Positions 19,061 to 29,276 of a stretch of DNA of 60,481 nucleotides are shown here, one piece after another; the stretch's first letter is position 1; each line of letters starts with the position of its first letter. A model generated the notes under the pieces. The model was not told the origin of the DNA. It saw nothing but the letters and a program-made list of their open reading frames with translations, and ran no database searches. Source of the DNA: a plasmid; the sequence record NZ_CP024182.1; one strand, written 5' to 3'. Made by a program: the position numbers and the translations under genes.

Positions 19061-20861
19061 TATTTAATTGACGTGAATAAATAGGTTGTAATGGATTTGG
19101 CACATTGACATACACAGATTGGGTTTCAACAGGTGCAGTCAATTCATCCAACCCTTGCATACGGGTCAATAAATTACCCTTAAAAGGAAGCATGTCCTGT
19201 CTAAGCAATAGCTCAAATAACTCTCGATGAGGATAGCGTTGTTCTAATGCCATCAATCTATTGACGAGTTGCGTGAGTAGTTGCTCTTCGCTTGCCCAAC
19301 CTGTACGTGCAATAGCAGTGATAAGTCCAAATAGATGGTTGGCGATAATATAATAAGCAAATCGCTCATTGGCAAAAAATTCAGGCACAACACATTCTGC
19401 CTCATCCATTAAGGCGGGTATTTCATCTATTAATGAGCCTGCGTACTCGGCAATATAGCCAAACCCTTGATTATCCCTTACCCACAATCGGCTTGGATAA
19501 TAATCCTTTAACTCAAGCAAGCTATTTTGTTGATGGGCTTCAAACCCCAACCCATGTTCATAATAAAGCGACACTAATGGCTCAAATCCTACTTTTAAGT
19601 AGCTGTCAAACCAGTCGCTAGCAATGACTGTGTTATCTTGGGCAGTATTTGCTTTAATCGCTTGGAATAATGTCTTAATTCGATTGGTACATCGAGTCGG
19701 ATGGTCTTGGCATAAACTGGCTAAATTTGAAACTTGTATAGATGGGTCAAATGGATTGTCCCTTAAAATACAAATGGTTTCATTAATAACCTCACCATCA
19801 ATGGTGAGTGCAAGCCAAGCAGGGTCATTAATGACTGACAAGGTGGGGTATTGTTGTTTTAGACGTTTGCCAAACTCACTTCGCCAGATTTGACAAGCAT
19901 AATAGCCACGCTGACACTCTTTGGCTAAATTGATTCTGACTGAATTGGTAATAGCAACTGATAGGGAAAGCTTGAACATCCAAGGGGCATCAAAACTGGC
20001 AAGCGTTCTGACCGAAGTGGTCGGTGATAGATACCAGCCCATTGCTCCTAACGGATAGATTTTTTGCTGTTGAAACAACGTTTCATACCAAGGTTGCTGT
20101 TGCAAAAATCTTGCTTGCCAAGGATGTAATGGCAACAACCGATAATCTGTGTGTTGCTGTAGCATTTTTTGCTGATAGTCTGTTAAATAAGGTGTGAGCT
20201 TAGTTAATAGCTCTTGATAAATATCTTCACCGTCCACCCAGTTACCTGTAACATAATCTGACTGCACCAACCAATAGTTAAGTTGGAATTTACTTTGTGT
20301 TTCAGGGGCGTATTGCTCCCATTCTTGTGCATAAAAACCATCTCGACCTTTGGGCGTTGGGTGCATGGTGTGACCATATATGAGATTTTGTTCCGTCTCC
20401 ACAAAATTTAATTCTGCACTGACAATATCATCAATATTATCTAAACGATGGGTAAGTATCTTGCCTAACCCTTCATAACTTTGTAACCAACGCCCTAACA
20501 CCTCATGTGATTTATCAGTAGTGGATTGGGTGTTAGATGATAATTGATAATAAGCAATACTTTGTAATACCAATGTTGCCACTGTTGATGCAGTGTAATC
20601 ACAGCTTTGACCATTCAAAAATACCGTCGGCTCTTCCAAAAATCGTACATTACCTAGCTGACTTACCTTGTCAATAGGCACTCGTAATAACATTGACGTA
20701 GGCAACAAAGGCACTTCAAGTAAGGGTTGACGTTGTGAAAAATTTAAACACGCTTCATTTTGCTCTGAAACCTCTATATAACGCCCGACCCCAAGTTCAT
20801 AGCAATAAGCGTTGATTAGATTTTGTAAAGCCAACCGATTTTGAATCTCAGTCTGCAACAT
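19041..20861 (-). CDS. IucA/IucC-family NIS synthetase (third paralogue, first gene of operon)
   Basis: 606 aa. It overlaps the monooxygenase start by 20 bp. A Fur box lies about 45 bp upstream. Confidence 0.85.
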   Translation of the reverse strand: MLQTEIQNRLALQNLINAYCYELGVGRYIEVSEQNEACLNFSQRQPLLEVPLLPTSMLLRVPIDKVSQLGNVRFLEEPTVFLNGQSCDYTASTVATLVLQSIAYYQLSSNTQSTTDKSHEVLGRWLQSYEGLGKILTHRLDNIDDIVSAELNFVETEQNLIYGHTMHPTPKGRDGFYAQEWEQYAPETQSKFQLNYWLVQSDYVTGNWVDGEDIYQELLTKLTPYLTDYQQKMLQQHTDYRLLPLHPWQARFLQQQPWYETLFQQQKIYPLGAMGWYLSPTTSVRTLASFDAPWMFKLSLSVAITNSVRINLAKECQRGYYACQIWRSEFGKRLKQQYPTLSVINDPAWLALTIDGEVINETICILRDNPFDPSIQVSNLASLCQDHPTRCTNRIKTLFQAIKANTAQDNTVIASDWFDSYLKVGFEPLVSLYYEHGLGFEAHQQNSLLELKDYYPSRLWVRDNQGFGYIAEYAGSLIDEIPALMDEAECVVPEFFANERFAYYIIANHLFGLITAIARTGWASEEQLLTQLVNRLMALEQRYPHRELFELLLRQDMLPFKGNLLTRMQGLDELTAPVETQSVYVNVPNPLQPIYSRQLNNGVHCA

Positions 20862-20904
20862 AAATTTCCCTAAAATTTAAATGATAATGATTTTTAGTTT
20901 GCAA

Positions 20905-20925
20905 ATGATAATCATTATCATTTAA
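20905..20925 (-). promoter_or_regulatory. Fur box at the siderophore biosynthesis operon promoter
   Basis: aaatgataatcattatcattt, with the core gataatcattatc matching the Fur consensus. It is flanked by additional gataatgat repeats (20881-20935). Confidence 0.7.
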
Positions 20926-21111
20926 TTCTTCAACTATTTATTTTTTATTTATGATAATTGCATTAAATTTTACCCAAAATTCAAAAAATCGAGCGTTAAG
21001 AAATGGTGTCGAATATTTGAGATACCCTAATAATGTCCAAAAAAACGCTCGTTTTTTGGATAGGTTTCCTATCATCAAGCTGATAAATTATCGACAAAAT
21101 TCCTTAATTTA

Positions 21112-21149
21112 CCTTAGCATATTATTTTCTCCGTTTCTGTTCTAACCCC
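21112..21149 (-). repeat. Tn3-family 38-bp terminal inverted repeat (solo end facing left; GGGG terminus at 21149)
   Basis: The reverse complement is ggggttagaacagaaacggagaaaataatatgctaagg, which matches the Tn21-type IR pattern GGGG…ACGGAAAAT…GCTAAG. The inner flank carries the subterminal motif aaggaattttgtcgataat, also present next to the IR at 25325. Confidence 0.6.
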
Positions 21150-21181
21150 TATATAATCCGAATTCTGAGATGCACGCTGAT

Positions 21182-22590
21182 TGAACCGTCCCGGGATTGT
21201 CGGAGACCTAAAACTCTGAGACAATACCAAAATGAAAAGCAGACAATACGCAACAGAAGTTAAGACACGAGCCGTCGAATTACTGATTGAATCACAAAAA
21301 GATCATCCATCACTTTGGGCGGCCATCCAAGGCATTGCACCTGAGCAGCATGCTGCGCAAGGGCTGCACACCCGAAACCCTACGCTCGTGGCATCAAAAG
21401 CACCTAGCTAAGCAAAATCCTGTGACTATAAGCACTGAAAGCCAAGCCGCTCGTATCGCTGAGCTTGAGCGAGAAATCAGAGAACTCAAACAAGCCAACG
21501 AAATCATTCGCAAGGCAGCCGCTTTTTTCGCCCAAGCGGAGAAGGGCCGCAAACCCAAGTGATGGTCAAATTCATCGACGATGAAAAAGAAAAATATGGG
21601 GTCGAGTCGATTTGCAGGATACTGCCAATTGCCCCATCCACCTACTATCGCATCAAAGACGAGCAAGAAAACCCAGAAAAGCAAAGTCGACGCAAACAAA
21701 GCGACAAACATCTCATGGAGCAAATCAAACAGATTTGGCAAGCCAGTGGCTGTCGCTATGGCATTCGTAAAGTCTGGCATAAGCTTAAGCAAGACGGTTT
21801 GCCCAAATTAGGTCGTTGCACCGTTGAACGCTTAATGAAACAGCTTGGCATACAAGGCGTATGGCGAGGTAAAGGCAAAATCACCACCAAACAGCGACCA
21901 GGACAACAAAGTCCCGATGATTTGGTCAAACGCAACTTTAGCGCAGATGCCCCGAATAAGAAAAGACTCTTGCGGAGCAGTGCTCCTCAGGTCGCTGACT
22001 TTACCTACATTAAAACTAAATCAGGCTGGGTCTATACCGCCTTTGTCATCGACGTATTCAAGCGAGTTATTGTGGGTTGGAAAGTATCGAATCATATGGA
22101 CACTCAGCTGGTCTTAGATGCCCTAAATCAAGCCTTAGACGCTAGAGATAGACCAAGCGGAGTAATTCATCATTCTGATAAAGGTAGCCAGTATCTATCG
22201 ATTAAATACGGTGAACGGCTTAAACAATCGGGGCTTGCTGCCTCAGTCGGCACGACAGGCGATTCCACTTCGGGCATAGCCCTACGTCTTGCACTCGGGC
22301 AAAGCAGTGCTTCGCTATTTTCTCGCTCAGATAACGCCCTAGCTGAAAGCGTGAATGGGCTGTATAAAGCGGAGGTGATTGATTATTTGAAACAGGAATG
22401 GGATGGCGTAAATGATGTTGCGCTAGCAACCCTTGATTGGGTACACTGGTACAACCATGAACGATTGCATTCTACCAATGGATATGTATCGCCTGTTGAT
22501 GCGGAAAATATCTACTATTGTTCATTAATTCCGTCAGGCTATGCTGCCTGACTCAAGCAAACCTGTCTCCGATAAAACCAGGACGGTTCA
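21182..22590 (+). mobile_element. IS3-family insertion sequence, copy 1 (orfA frameshifted)
   Basis: It starts tgaaccgtcccggg and ends ccaggacggttca (imperfect IRs, TG…CA). OrfB at 21559-22551 (330 aa) has an rve/DDE domain (…HSDKGSQY…). OrfA is disrupted by a 13-nt indel relative to copy 2, splitting the HTH N-terminus from the leucine-zipper C-terminus (21287-21562). The element is about 97% identical to copy 2. Confidence 0.85.
21232..21562 (+). pseudogene. IS3 orfA, frameshifted (copy 1)
   Basis: The ATG at 21232 gives MKSRQYATEVKTRAVELLIES… and then hits a stop at about 21412. The frame continuing to 21562 (…TPETLRSWHQKHL…AELEREIRELKQANEIIRKAA) corresponds to the intact copy-2 OrfA C-terminus. 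Confidence 0.6.
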
Positions 22591-22642
22591 TTTAATGAGG
22601 TCAACGTACCTCTGTGTCATTTATCAAAAAAAGGGATTTATA

Positions 22643-24697
22643 ATGGTAAGTAATACCTTCTCAAGCACAGCTCACACTAGTATATTGAGCTCAAGCCGTC
22701 TCCTACTATTATGCAGCAGTTTATTACTGGTGGCCTGCAACAATAATGCACCAACGACAAAAATAGCGGTTAGTGATGGTGAACGTGCGGCAACTGCCAG
22801 CACGATAGAATCCAACCGTCAGGTTGCTAGTGAGCTGAACTTGGCCGACCAGCAGGACTTTGAAGATGCGCGTCGCGGCCTGATTGCCAGTGTAAAAGAT
22901 CTACAGATACCTTCTGCAGCTGATCCCACCAAAAATGTTTGGGACATGGTCGCCTATGATTTTATTCAAGGTGAGGCTCCCGACACTGTCAATCCTAGCC
23001 TGTGGCGTCAGGCTAAGCTTAATAACATTCAAGGCCTGTTTGAAGTTACACCTGGCATCTATCAGCTACGTGGTTTTGATCTCTCTAACATGACGCTAAT
23101 TAAAGGCGATAGTGGCTGGATTGTCGTCGATGCGATGACTTCAAAAGAAACCGCCCGTTACGCTTTTGATTTTGCTATGAAGCATTTGGCTAAGCGTTAT
23201 CCGGATACCACCAACATCAGTGCCATTATCTTTACTCACAGTCACATTGACCACTTTGGTGGGGTTTTAGGCATTATCAGTCAGGAAGAGATTGCCAAGA
23301 AAAATATTCCAATCATTGCTCCTGGTGGCTTCATGGAAGAAGCAACCAGTGAAAATATTCTTGCGGGTACAGCGATGAGCCGTCGTGCCGTTTATATGTA
23401 CGGTAAGGATTTAGCACGTAATGAATTCGGTCATGTTGATACGGGTTTAGGTAAGGGTCCAGCCTTTGGCCAATTCAGTATTGCTAAGCCGACGCAGTTA
23501 GTCAGCGCTACCCCAACTGACTTAAAGATAGATGGTGTAGATTTCGAATTTCAATATACCCCAGAGTCTGAAGCGCCAGCAGAACTGACCTTTTATTTAC
23601 CAAAGTACAAGGCTTTTGGTGGTGCAGAGTTGGTCTCACGTAATATGCATAACCTCTATACTTTACGCGGCGCAAAAGTTCGTGATGCGCTGAAATGGAG
23701 TAGCTATATTGAAGAGGCGCGTAACTTATTTGCTGATGCCGATATTTATTTTGCTAGTCATCATTGGCCTATGTGGGGTCAAGAGAGAATTCAGACCTTT
23801 TTAACTCAACAGCGTGATACTTATAAGTTTATTCATGACCAAAGCGTACGTCGGATAAATAAAGGCATGACGCCGGGCGAAATTGCAGAAGACATCAAGT
23901 TGCCGCCCAGTTTATCTAAAGTATTCTCCAATCGTGAATACTACGGCACAGTTAAGCACAATGCCCGAGCTGTTTATCAGAACTATTTAGGTTGGTATGA
24001 TGCCAATCCCGCCCATTTAGATCCCTTACCTGATGCGCAACGTGCAACCGCTTATGTTGCCATGGTTGGTAGTGAGAAAATGCTGTCACAGTCGCAAATG
24101 GCGTTTAATAAAGGCGATTATCGCTGGAGTGCTGAGCTACTAAATCATTTGGTATTTGCTGAACCTAGTAACACTGCTGCACGAAAATTGCTAGCCAGCA
24201 CCTACGATCAGTTAGGGTATCAAGCTGAATCTGGTCCATGGCGCGATGTTTATTTGACAGCAGCATTAGAGTTACGCCAAGGCACACCGAATGCAGGCAT
24301 TGATATGGCCTCTTTAAAAGATGTGTTCTTGCAAACACCAGTATCGAACTTTTTCGATACCATGTCTGTCCGACTAAAATCTGAGGACGCAGCTGATAAA
24401 GACTGGCGTATTAAGATCAACTTTACCGATTTAGATGAAAGCTATCTACTGTGGGTTGAAAACGCTGTTCTTCATCATAGGTTGTTAGATAATAAGACAC
24501 CATCAAAACAAGAGGTTAACGCCACACTAAGCCTGCCACATCCTTTATTTATTGATATGCTAATTGGTGAAGCGGGTATCAAAAAAATACTGTTATCCGA
24601 TGAGTTAACTATTGATGGCAGTAAGATAGACTTATTGCGATTCCTAAGTCTGTTTGAGAAGCCACCAACCTCTTTTGGTGTGGTATTGCCAGATTAG
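22643..24697 (+). CDS. Alkyl/aryl-sulfatase, metallo-beta-lactamase fold (SdsA1/BDS1-like), lipoprotein
   Basis: The probable true start is MVSNTFSS… with the lipobox LLLVAC; the track ORF from 22541 starts inside the IS end. It has the MBL motif FTHSHIDHFGG, and the long C-terminal region is typical of the alkyl-sulfatase dimerisation and SCP2-like domains. Confidence 0.75.
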   Translation: MVSNTFSSTAHTSILSSSRLLLLCSSLLLVACNNNAPTTKIAVSDGERAATASTIESNRQVASELNLADQQDFEDARRGLIASVKDLQIPSAADPTKNVWDMVAYDFIQGEAPDTVNPSLWRQAKLNNIQGLFEVTPGIYQLRGFDLSNMTLIKGDSGWIVVDAMTSKETARYAFDFAMKHLAKRYPDTTNISAIIFTHSHIDHFGGVLGIISQEEIAKKNIPIIAPGGFMEEATSENILAGTAMSRRAVYMYGKDLARNEFGHVDTGLGKGPAFGQFSIAKPTQLVSATPTDLKIDGVDFEFQYTPESEAPAELTFYLPKYKAFGGAELVSRNMHNLYTLRGAKVRDALKWSSYIEEARNLFADADIYFASHHWPMWGQERIQTFLTQQRDTYKFIHDQSVRRINKGMTPGEIAEDIKLPPSLSKVFSNREYYGTVKHNARAVYQNYLGWYDANPAHLDPLPDAQRATAYVAMVGSEKMLSQSQMAFNKGDYRWSAELLNHLVFAEPSNTAARKLLASTYDQLGYQAESGPWRDVYLTAALELRQGTPNAGIDMASLKDVFLQTPVSNFFDTMSVRLKSEDAADKDWRIKINFTDLDESYLLWVENAVLHHRLLDNKTPSKQEVNATLSLPHPLFIDMLIGEAGIKKILLSDELTIDGSKIDLLRFLSLFEKPPTSFGVVLPD

Positions 24698-24795
24698 AAA
24701 GCCTTATACAAACTAATGAACAAACTGATAATGACTAATTTTTCATTTATCCAGCTTAATAACAGAAGAGTCGAGCTGCACATGAACTTGTGATG

Positions 24796-24851
24796 TCAGA
24801 TAAAGGAGTGAGCTGTGCTGTGAATCCAGCATAGCTCACTCCTTTATCTAA
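24796..24851. terminator. Strong 17-18-bp perfect hairpin downstream of the sulfatase gene
   Basis: cagataaaggagtgagct … agctcactcctttatcta with an approx. 19-nt loop. There is no clear U-tract, so it may be a terminator or a protein-binding palindrome. Confidence 0.35.
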
Positions 24852-25114
24852 TAACTCTGTTCTAATTTGAACTTAGGCATGTTCAAAAGACCTTTTTATT
24901 TGAATATTACTAAAGACTGTAGCGATGTAGCCATTAATACTACATCTGGCAGTAATTCAAGAATCCTCTGCTTGGTACGTAAAACCTTTAAGTTTGTTGT
25001 GATTATTCACAGTACCTCGAGTCTTGCCGATAAGCATTGAAAAGTCTTTTTGACTGAAATAATTTATTGGCGACTCATCTTCATTGCCAAATATTTCGTT
25101 CCAAATAGCACTAC

Positions 25115-25233
25115 TATAGTGAAAACTGAATTATATCGAACATGGTCGTTCGTGGTAGGACTGTCGAACCATAACGACCGTTACCCTTAGACAAGCTCAG
25201 GGCAAACGGTGCTTACTATAATTTAGGATTGAC
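25115..25233 (+). repeat. Copy 2 of the approx. 120-bp conserved intergenic element
   Basis: It aligns without gaps to 8406-8525 (about 80% identity; shared blocks tatagt.aaaactgaattata, ctgtcgaa, gctcagggc.a.cggtgct). It lies about 85 bp left of the Tn3-family transposon. Confidence 0.45.
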
Positions 25234-25438
25234 TATATATTTGCTTTTAGCCTGTGATAACTCTCTAATTTCTGAATACATGACACCTGGTTTTGAAAGT
25301 GAAAGAATAGAAATCGCCCTAATAGGGGTCAGCACAGAATTCGGACCATATAGGGCGGTAAGGAATTTTGTCGAGTTTTAATTCATTTTAAAACAATCAC
25401 TTATCCAGATGCAATACTGTAAAGCTAGATTAAGCACG

Positions 25439-28396
25439 CTAAAGCCGTCTTAGTGGTCTAAACTTCCCATTTCCGATTCTCGCATTACTTTTCCAAAGGT
25501 AATCACCTGTCAAATTGATATGCTCCCAACCTAGGGGTGACAAGTACTGAAGATGGTCAGTATTAATTTCTTGTCCTTGCTCTCGCAACGCATTTACTGC
25601 CCGCTCAATATACACCGTATTCCACAGCACAATCGCTGCTGTCAGCAGATTTAAGCCACTGGCTCGATAACGTTGCTGCTCAAAGCCACGGTCACGAATC
25701 TCTCCTAAGCGATTAAAGAACACCACACGGGCTAACGCATTACGGGCTTCACCTTTATTTAACCCTGCTTGTACCCGCCGACGCAGTTCCTTGCTTTGTA
25801 GCCATTGTAAAATAAACAGCGTGCGTTCAATCCGTCCGACTTCTCGTAATGCCAATGCCAAACTATTTTGCCTTGGATAGCTACCCAGTTTTTTAATCAA
25901 TAATGAAGCAGTGGCTGTCCCTTGTTTAATGGATGTGGCTAACCGCAAGACATCCGACCAATTGTCTTCAATCACCTTGGTGTTGATTGTACCACCAATC
26001 AAAGGTTTGAGTGCTTGATAAGGATTATGACCTTTTGGGATAAATAGCTTGGTTTCACCCAAATCTTTAATACGAGGGGCAAACTTAAATCCAAGTAAGT
26101 GCATCAAGGCAAACACATGGTCGGTAAAGCCTGCTGTGTCGGTATAATGCTCTTCAACTTTTAAATCTGATTCATGATACAGCAAGCCATCTAGCACATA
26201 GGTCGATTCTCGAATACCCACGTTAATCAATTTGCTATGAAATGGGCTATATTGGTCAGAAACATGGGTATAAATTAACCGCCCAGGCTCTGAACCGTAC
26301 TTTGGATTGATGTGTCCTGTACTCTCGGCTCTACCACCTGCTTTAAAGCGTTGCCCATCTGAAGATGAGGTTGTGCCATCGCCCCAATGTCTAGCAAAAT
26401 CGTTGGTAAATTGGGTATTGGTTAATACACCCAGTGCTGACGCATAGGTTTCATCTCGGATATGCCAAGCTTGCAATCGGGTCAATTTTGAGTAAGTTGT
26501 GCCAGGGCAGGACTCTGCCATCTTCCTAAGCCCTAGGTTAATCCCATCACTTAAAATGGTGGTAAGTAGCAAGTGCTTGTCTTTGGTAGTCTCATCGGTT
26601 TTCAGATGGGTAAATTCATCGCTAAAGCCCGTCCAATCATCGACTTCAAGTAGTAATTCGGTTATTTTGATGTGGGGTAGCATACTGGCGACTTGCGTAA
26701 TCAAGGCTTGGGCTGATTCAGGCATTACCGCATCAAGTGGGGTAATTTTTAGTCCTGTAGTCGCTGTAATAGTGGCTTCGGGTAATTTATCCGCTTTGGC
26801 AAGCTTATTGGTTTGTTTAAGCTCAGTACCTAGCAAGTTTAAACGGCTTTGCAAATAGGTTTGGCAGTCCGCATCAACGGCAATTGGCAATGCTTGGGTT
26901 TGTATAAGGGATTGGAAGCTGTCTTTAGGTAGCAAGTACTCGTCAAAGGCTTTAAATTGTCGTGAGCCTTGCACCCAAATATCGCCTGAGCGTAGGGCGT
27001 TTTTAAGTTCTGATAGTACGCACAGCTCGTAGTATTTCATATCGATGCCATCATCGGTATAGATAAGCTTATGCCAGCGTGGTTTGATAAACTGCGTTGG
27101 CGGATTGTCAGGCAGTTTACGAGCATTATTTTGGTACATTTCACGCAATACATTGATGGCTTGTAATAGGCTATCTGTGCCACTGGTTGCATAAAATGGC
27201 AGTATTTCTAGCATGGCAGGGGCATACAGACGGACGGTTCTATAGCTGTTATTGATTCGGGGTAAGAAGTCAAAGTCAGGTTGTACGAGATTTTCAACTT
27301 CAGTAACACTCTGAGCTAGGGTTTCCCATGATATTGCCTGTTCAATCGCCTCCGATAGGTCAAGCTGATTATCCTTGGCTTCAAGCAACGCTCGCCCCAT
27401 GTTCCGAAATAGATACAACATTTCGTTGATGGACTTGCCCGAGTCATGAAATGCCTGTCGATGTTTGTTTCTAGCTTGGTTAAAGATTCTACCAATGATA
27501 CGGTTATGCAGTTCGATGATTTCATCAATGATGGTGGCTTTACTCTCGACAACAATTGCAACCAAAGTTGCATAGCGACGATTCGGCTCAAATTTGGCAA
27601 GGTCGGTGGCTTGCATTTGACCGCCTTCACGGGCGATTTTCAAAAGGCGGTTTTGGTGAATCCGCCGTTCGATACCGTAAGGCAAGTCAAAGGATAGGCA
27701 GTATTGTAGCCTATCGATATGAGCATTCATATGACGAGAGTTAGGCTTTAATGGCGATTGGCTTAACCATGCAAGGTGGGTGAGCTTTGTGCCATCTTTG
27801 AGACAGAGTAATTCGTCAAGTTTTGCTAAATGTGTTTGGGTTAAGTCGGCAGTGAGCCGTTCATAGATGATTTTGTTGGCACGGGTGATAGCTTCAGCAC
27901 AGATTTTTTCAATAACAAGTGGCGTTGGTAGTAGGATATGAGTATTTCGTAAATGGCTAATCAGTTGCTGGGCTAAAACAATACCTCTATCAGTTTCGAC
28001 CGCAAGTTGGCTGATGTATTCTACATATCCAGCGTAATTGTTGCGTGAAAAGGTTTGATAGCCAAACAGTTGCTGTAATTCTAGCAAGTGCTCTCGGCGG
28101 GTTTTTTCTCGAAAGCCATAGTCTTCCCAGCTTTGGGGAGAAACTTTAAGCTGTTTGGCAATAAATTTGAGTAGATAGGGGTCAGGTATTTCTTTCACGC
28201 CTAGGATAATACCTGGATACCGCATATAACAAAGCTGGATGGCAAATCCTAATCGATTGGTATCGCCTCGTTTTTGTTTAATCAGCGATAGGTCGGTTTC
28301 GCTTAAACTGTAGTGACGAATAAAATCAGTTTGGTTGTCAGGCAATGCCACTAACGACTGCCTTTCTTGGGCAGTTAAAATAGAGCGACGAGCCAT
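25439..28396 (-). CDS. tnpA: Tn3-family transposase TnpA
   Basis: 985 aa, the typical Tn3-family length. It has the N-terminal motif [15 protein letters not shown]… and a C-terminal DDE region. Its 3' end lies about 77 bp from the IR. Confidence 0.93.
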   Translation of the reverse strand: MARRSILTAQERQSLVALPDNQTDFIRHYSLSETDLSLIKQKRGDTNRLGFAIQLCYMRYPGIILGVKEIPDPYLLKFIAKQLKVSPQSWEDYGFREKTRREHLLELQQLFGYQTFSRNNYAGYVEYISQLAVETDRGIVLAQQLISHLRNTHILLPTPLVIEKICAEAITRANKIIYERLTADLTQTHLAKLDELLCLKDGTKLTHLAWLSQSPLKPNSRHMNAHIDRLQYCLSFDLPYGIERRIHQNRLLKIAREGGQMQATDLAKFEPNRRYATLVAIVVESKATIIDEIIELHNRIIGRIFNQARNKHRQAFHDSGKSINEMLYLFRNMGRALLEAKDNQLDLSEAIEQAISWETLAQSVTEVENLVQPDFDFLPRINNSYRTVRLYAPAMLEILPFYATSGTDSLLQAINVLREMYQNNARKLPDNPPTQFIKPRWHKLIYTDDGIDMKYYELCVLSELKNALRSGDIWVQGSRQFKAFDEYLLPKDSFQSLIQTQALPIAVDADCQTYLQSRLNLLGTELKQTNKLAKADKLPEATITATTGLKITPLDAVMPESAQALITQVASMLPHIKITELLLEVDDWTGFSDEFTHLKTDETTKDKHLLLTTILSDGINLGLRKMAESCPGTTYSKLTRLQAWHIRDETYASALGVLTNTQFTNDFARHWGDGTTSSSDGQRFKAGGRAESTGHINPKYGSEPGRLIYTHVSDQYSPFHSKLINVGIRESTYVLDGLLYHESDLKVEEHYTDTAGFTDHVFALMHLLGFKFAPRIKDLGETKLFIPKGHNPYQALKPLIGGTINTKVIEDNWSDVLRLATSIKQGTATASLLIKKLGSYPRQNSLALALREVGRIERTLFILQWLQSKELRRRVQAGLNKGEARNALARVVFFNRLGEIRDRGFEQQRYRASGLNLLTAAIVLWNTVYIERAVNALREQGQEINTDHLQYLSPLGWEHINLTGDYLWKSNARIGNGKFRPLRRL

Positions 28397-28459
28397 GGGA
28401 TTCCTTATTGGTAAAGGTGGCTAGTTAAAAAATGGTGAGCTGAGAATGAATGAAAATCG

Positions 28460-29071
28460 TTAAGGGCTGGTAATGCCAAGCAGTTGTCTGCCCAGCTGCT
28501 TGAGTTCGCCTTTGCCTGTGACATATTGATACAGCGTGCTCACAGCCATATCATCAAGTTCTTTGCAGATATCGGGAATACTACGGGTTTGGTCGCTCAT
28601 CAGATGCTGGGCATAACGCAATTTCTCGGCGGTCATCACTCGGGGTCTTCCGCCTTTTCGTCCACGAGCTCTGGCAGCAGCGAGTCCTTCTTGTACCCGC
28701 TGGCGAATGATATTGCGTTCCATTTCAGCAAACGCCGCTTGGATTTGTAAGAAGGCTCTCCCTGTTGGGGTGGTGGTATCCATAGGGGAGTTGATAGCTT
28801 TAAAGCCAATGTCTTTACTGGCTAAATCATCAATCAAGATAATCAGGTCTTTGGCTAATCGCCCCAGTCTATCCAAATCCAGCACGACTAGCACATCATC
28901 AGGTCGTAGGTAAGCCAAGCATTCAGCAAGCCCTGGTCGTTCTGTGTTGCTCCCTGATGCCTTGTCAGTAAAAATCTTCTGACAGCCAATCTCGTTTAAC
29001 GCATCCAGTTGACGGTCAAGCAATTGTTTATCTTCTGCGGTTGAAACTCGGGCATAGCCTATCAAGCTCAT
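28460..29071 (-). CDS. tnpR: Serine recombinase (resolvase TnpR)
   Basis: 203 aa beginning MSLIGYARVSTAEDKQ, with the same orientation as tnpA. The res-like palindromes (for example acctatggcaaacatgtgttttccataggt) lie in 29072-29267 between tnpR and the IR. Confidence 0.9.
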   Translation of the reverse strand: MSLIGYARVSTAEDKQLLDRQLDALNEIGCQKIFTDKASGSNTERPGLAECLAYLRPDDVLVVLDLDRLGRLAKDLIILIDDLASKDIGFKAINSPMDTTTPTGRAFLQIQAAFAEMERNIIRQRVQEGLAAARARGRKGGRPRVMTAEKLRYAQHLMSDQTRSIPDICKELDDMAVSTLYQYVTGKGELKQLGRQLLGITSP

Positions 29072-29276
29072 GGTGAAATCCTACATCAAACCTAGTTTTT
29101 AACATTTCATCATAACTTGATTATATTGGTTTTAATAGATAGCAAAAAGCTGATAAACAGGCAGAAATTTTGGGCATTAAAAAACCTATGGCAAACATGT
29201 GTTTTCCATAGGTCGTTCCAATGATGAGTTTTACCTATCACAGTAATTTAAATACTAAACAAATGTACTTACCGCC

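Noticed and set aside
20951-21145. 64-aa ORF 20951-21145
   Set aside because: It lies in the Fur-box/promoter region and runs into the Tn3-family IR at 21112-21149. It has low-complexity composition and is not a credible gene.
22541-22642. N-terminal 34 codons of the 718-aa sulfatase ORF call
   Set aside because: They start inside the IS3 right end. A downstream Met gives a clean lipoprotein signal peptide (LLLVAC), so the upstream extension is an ORF-caller artefact.
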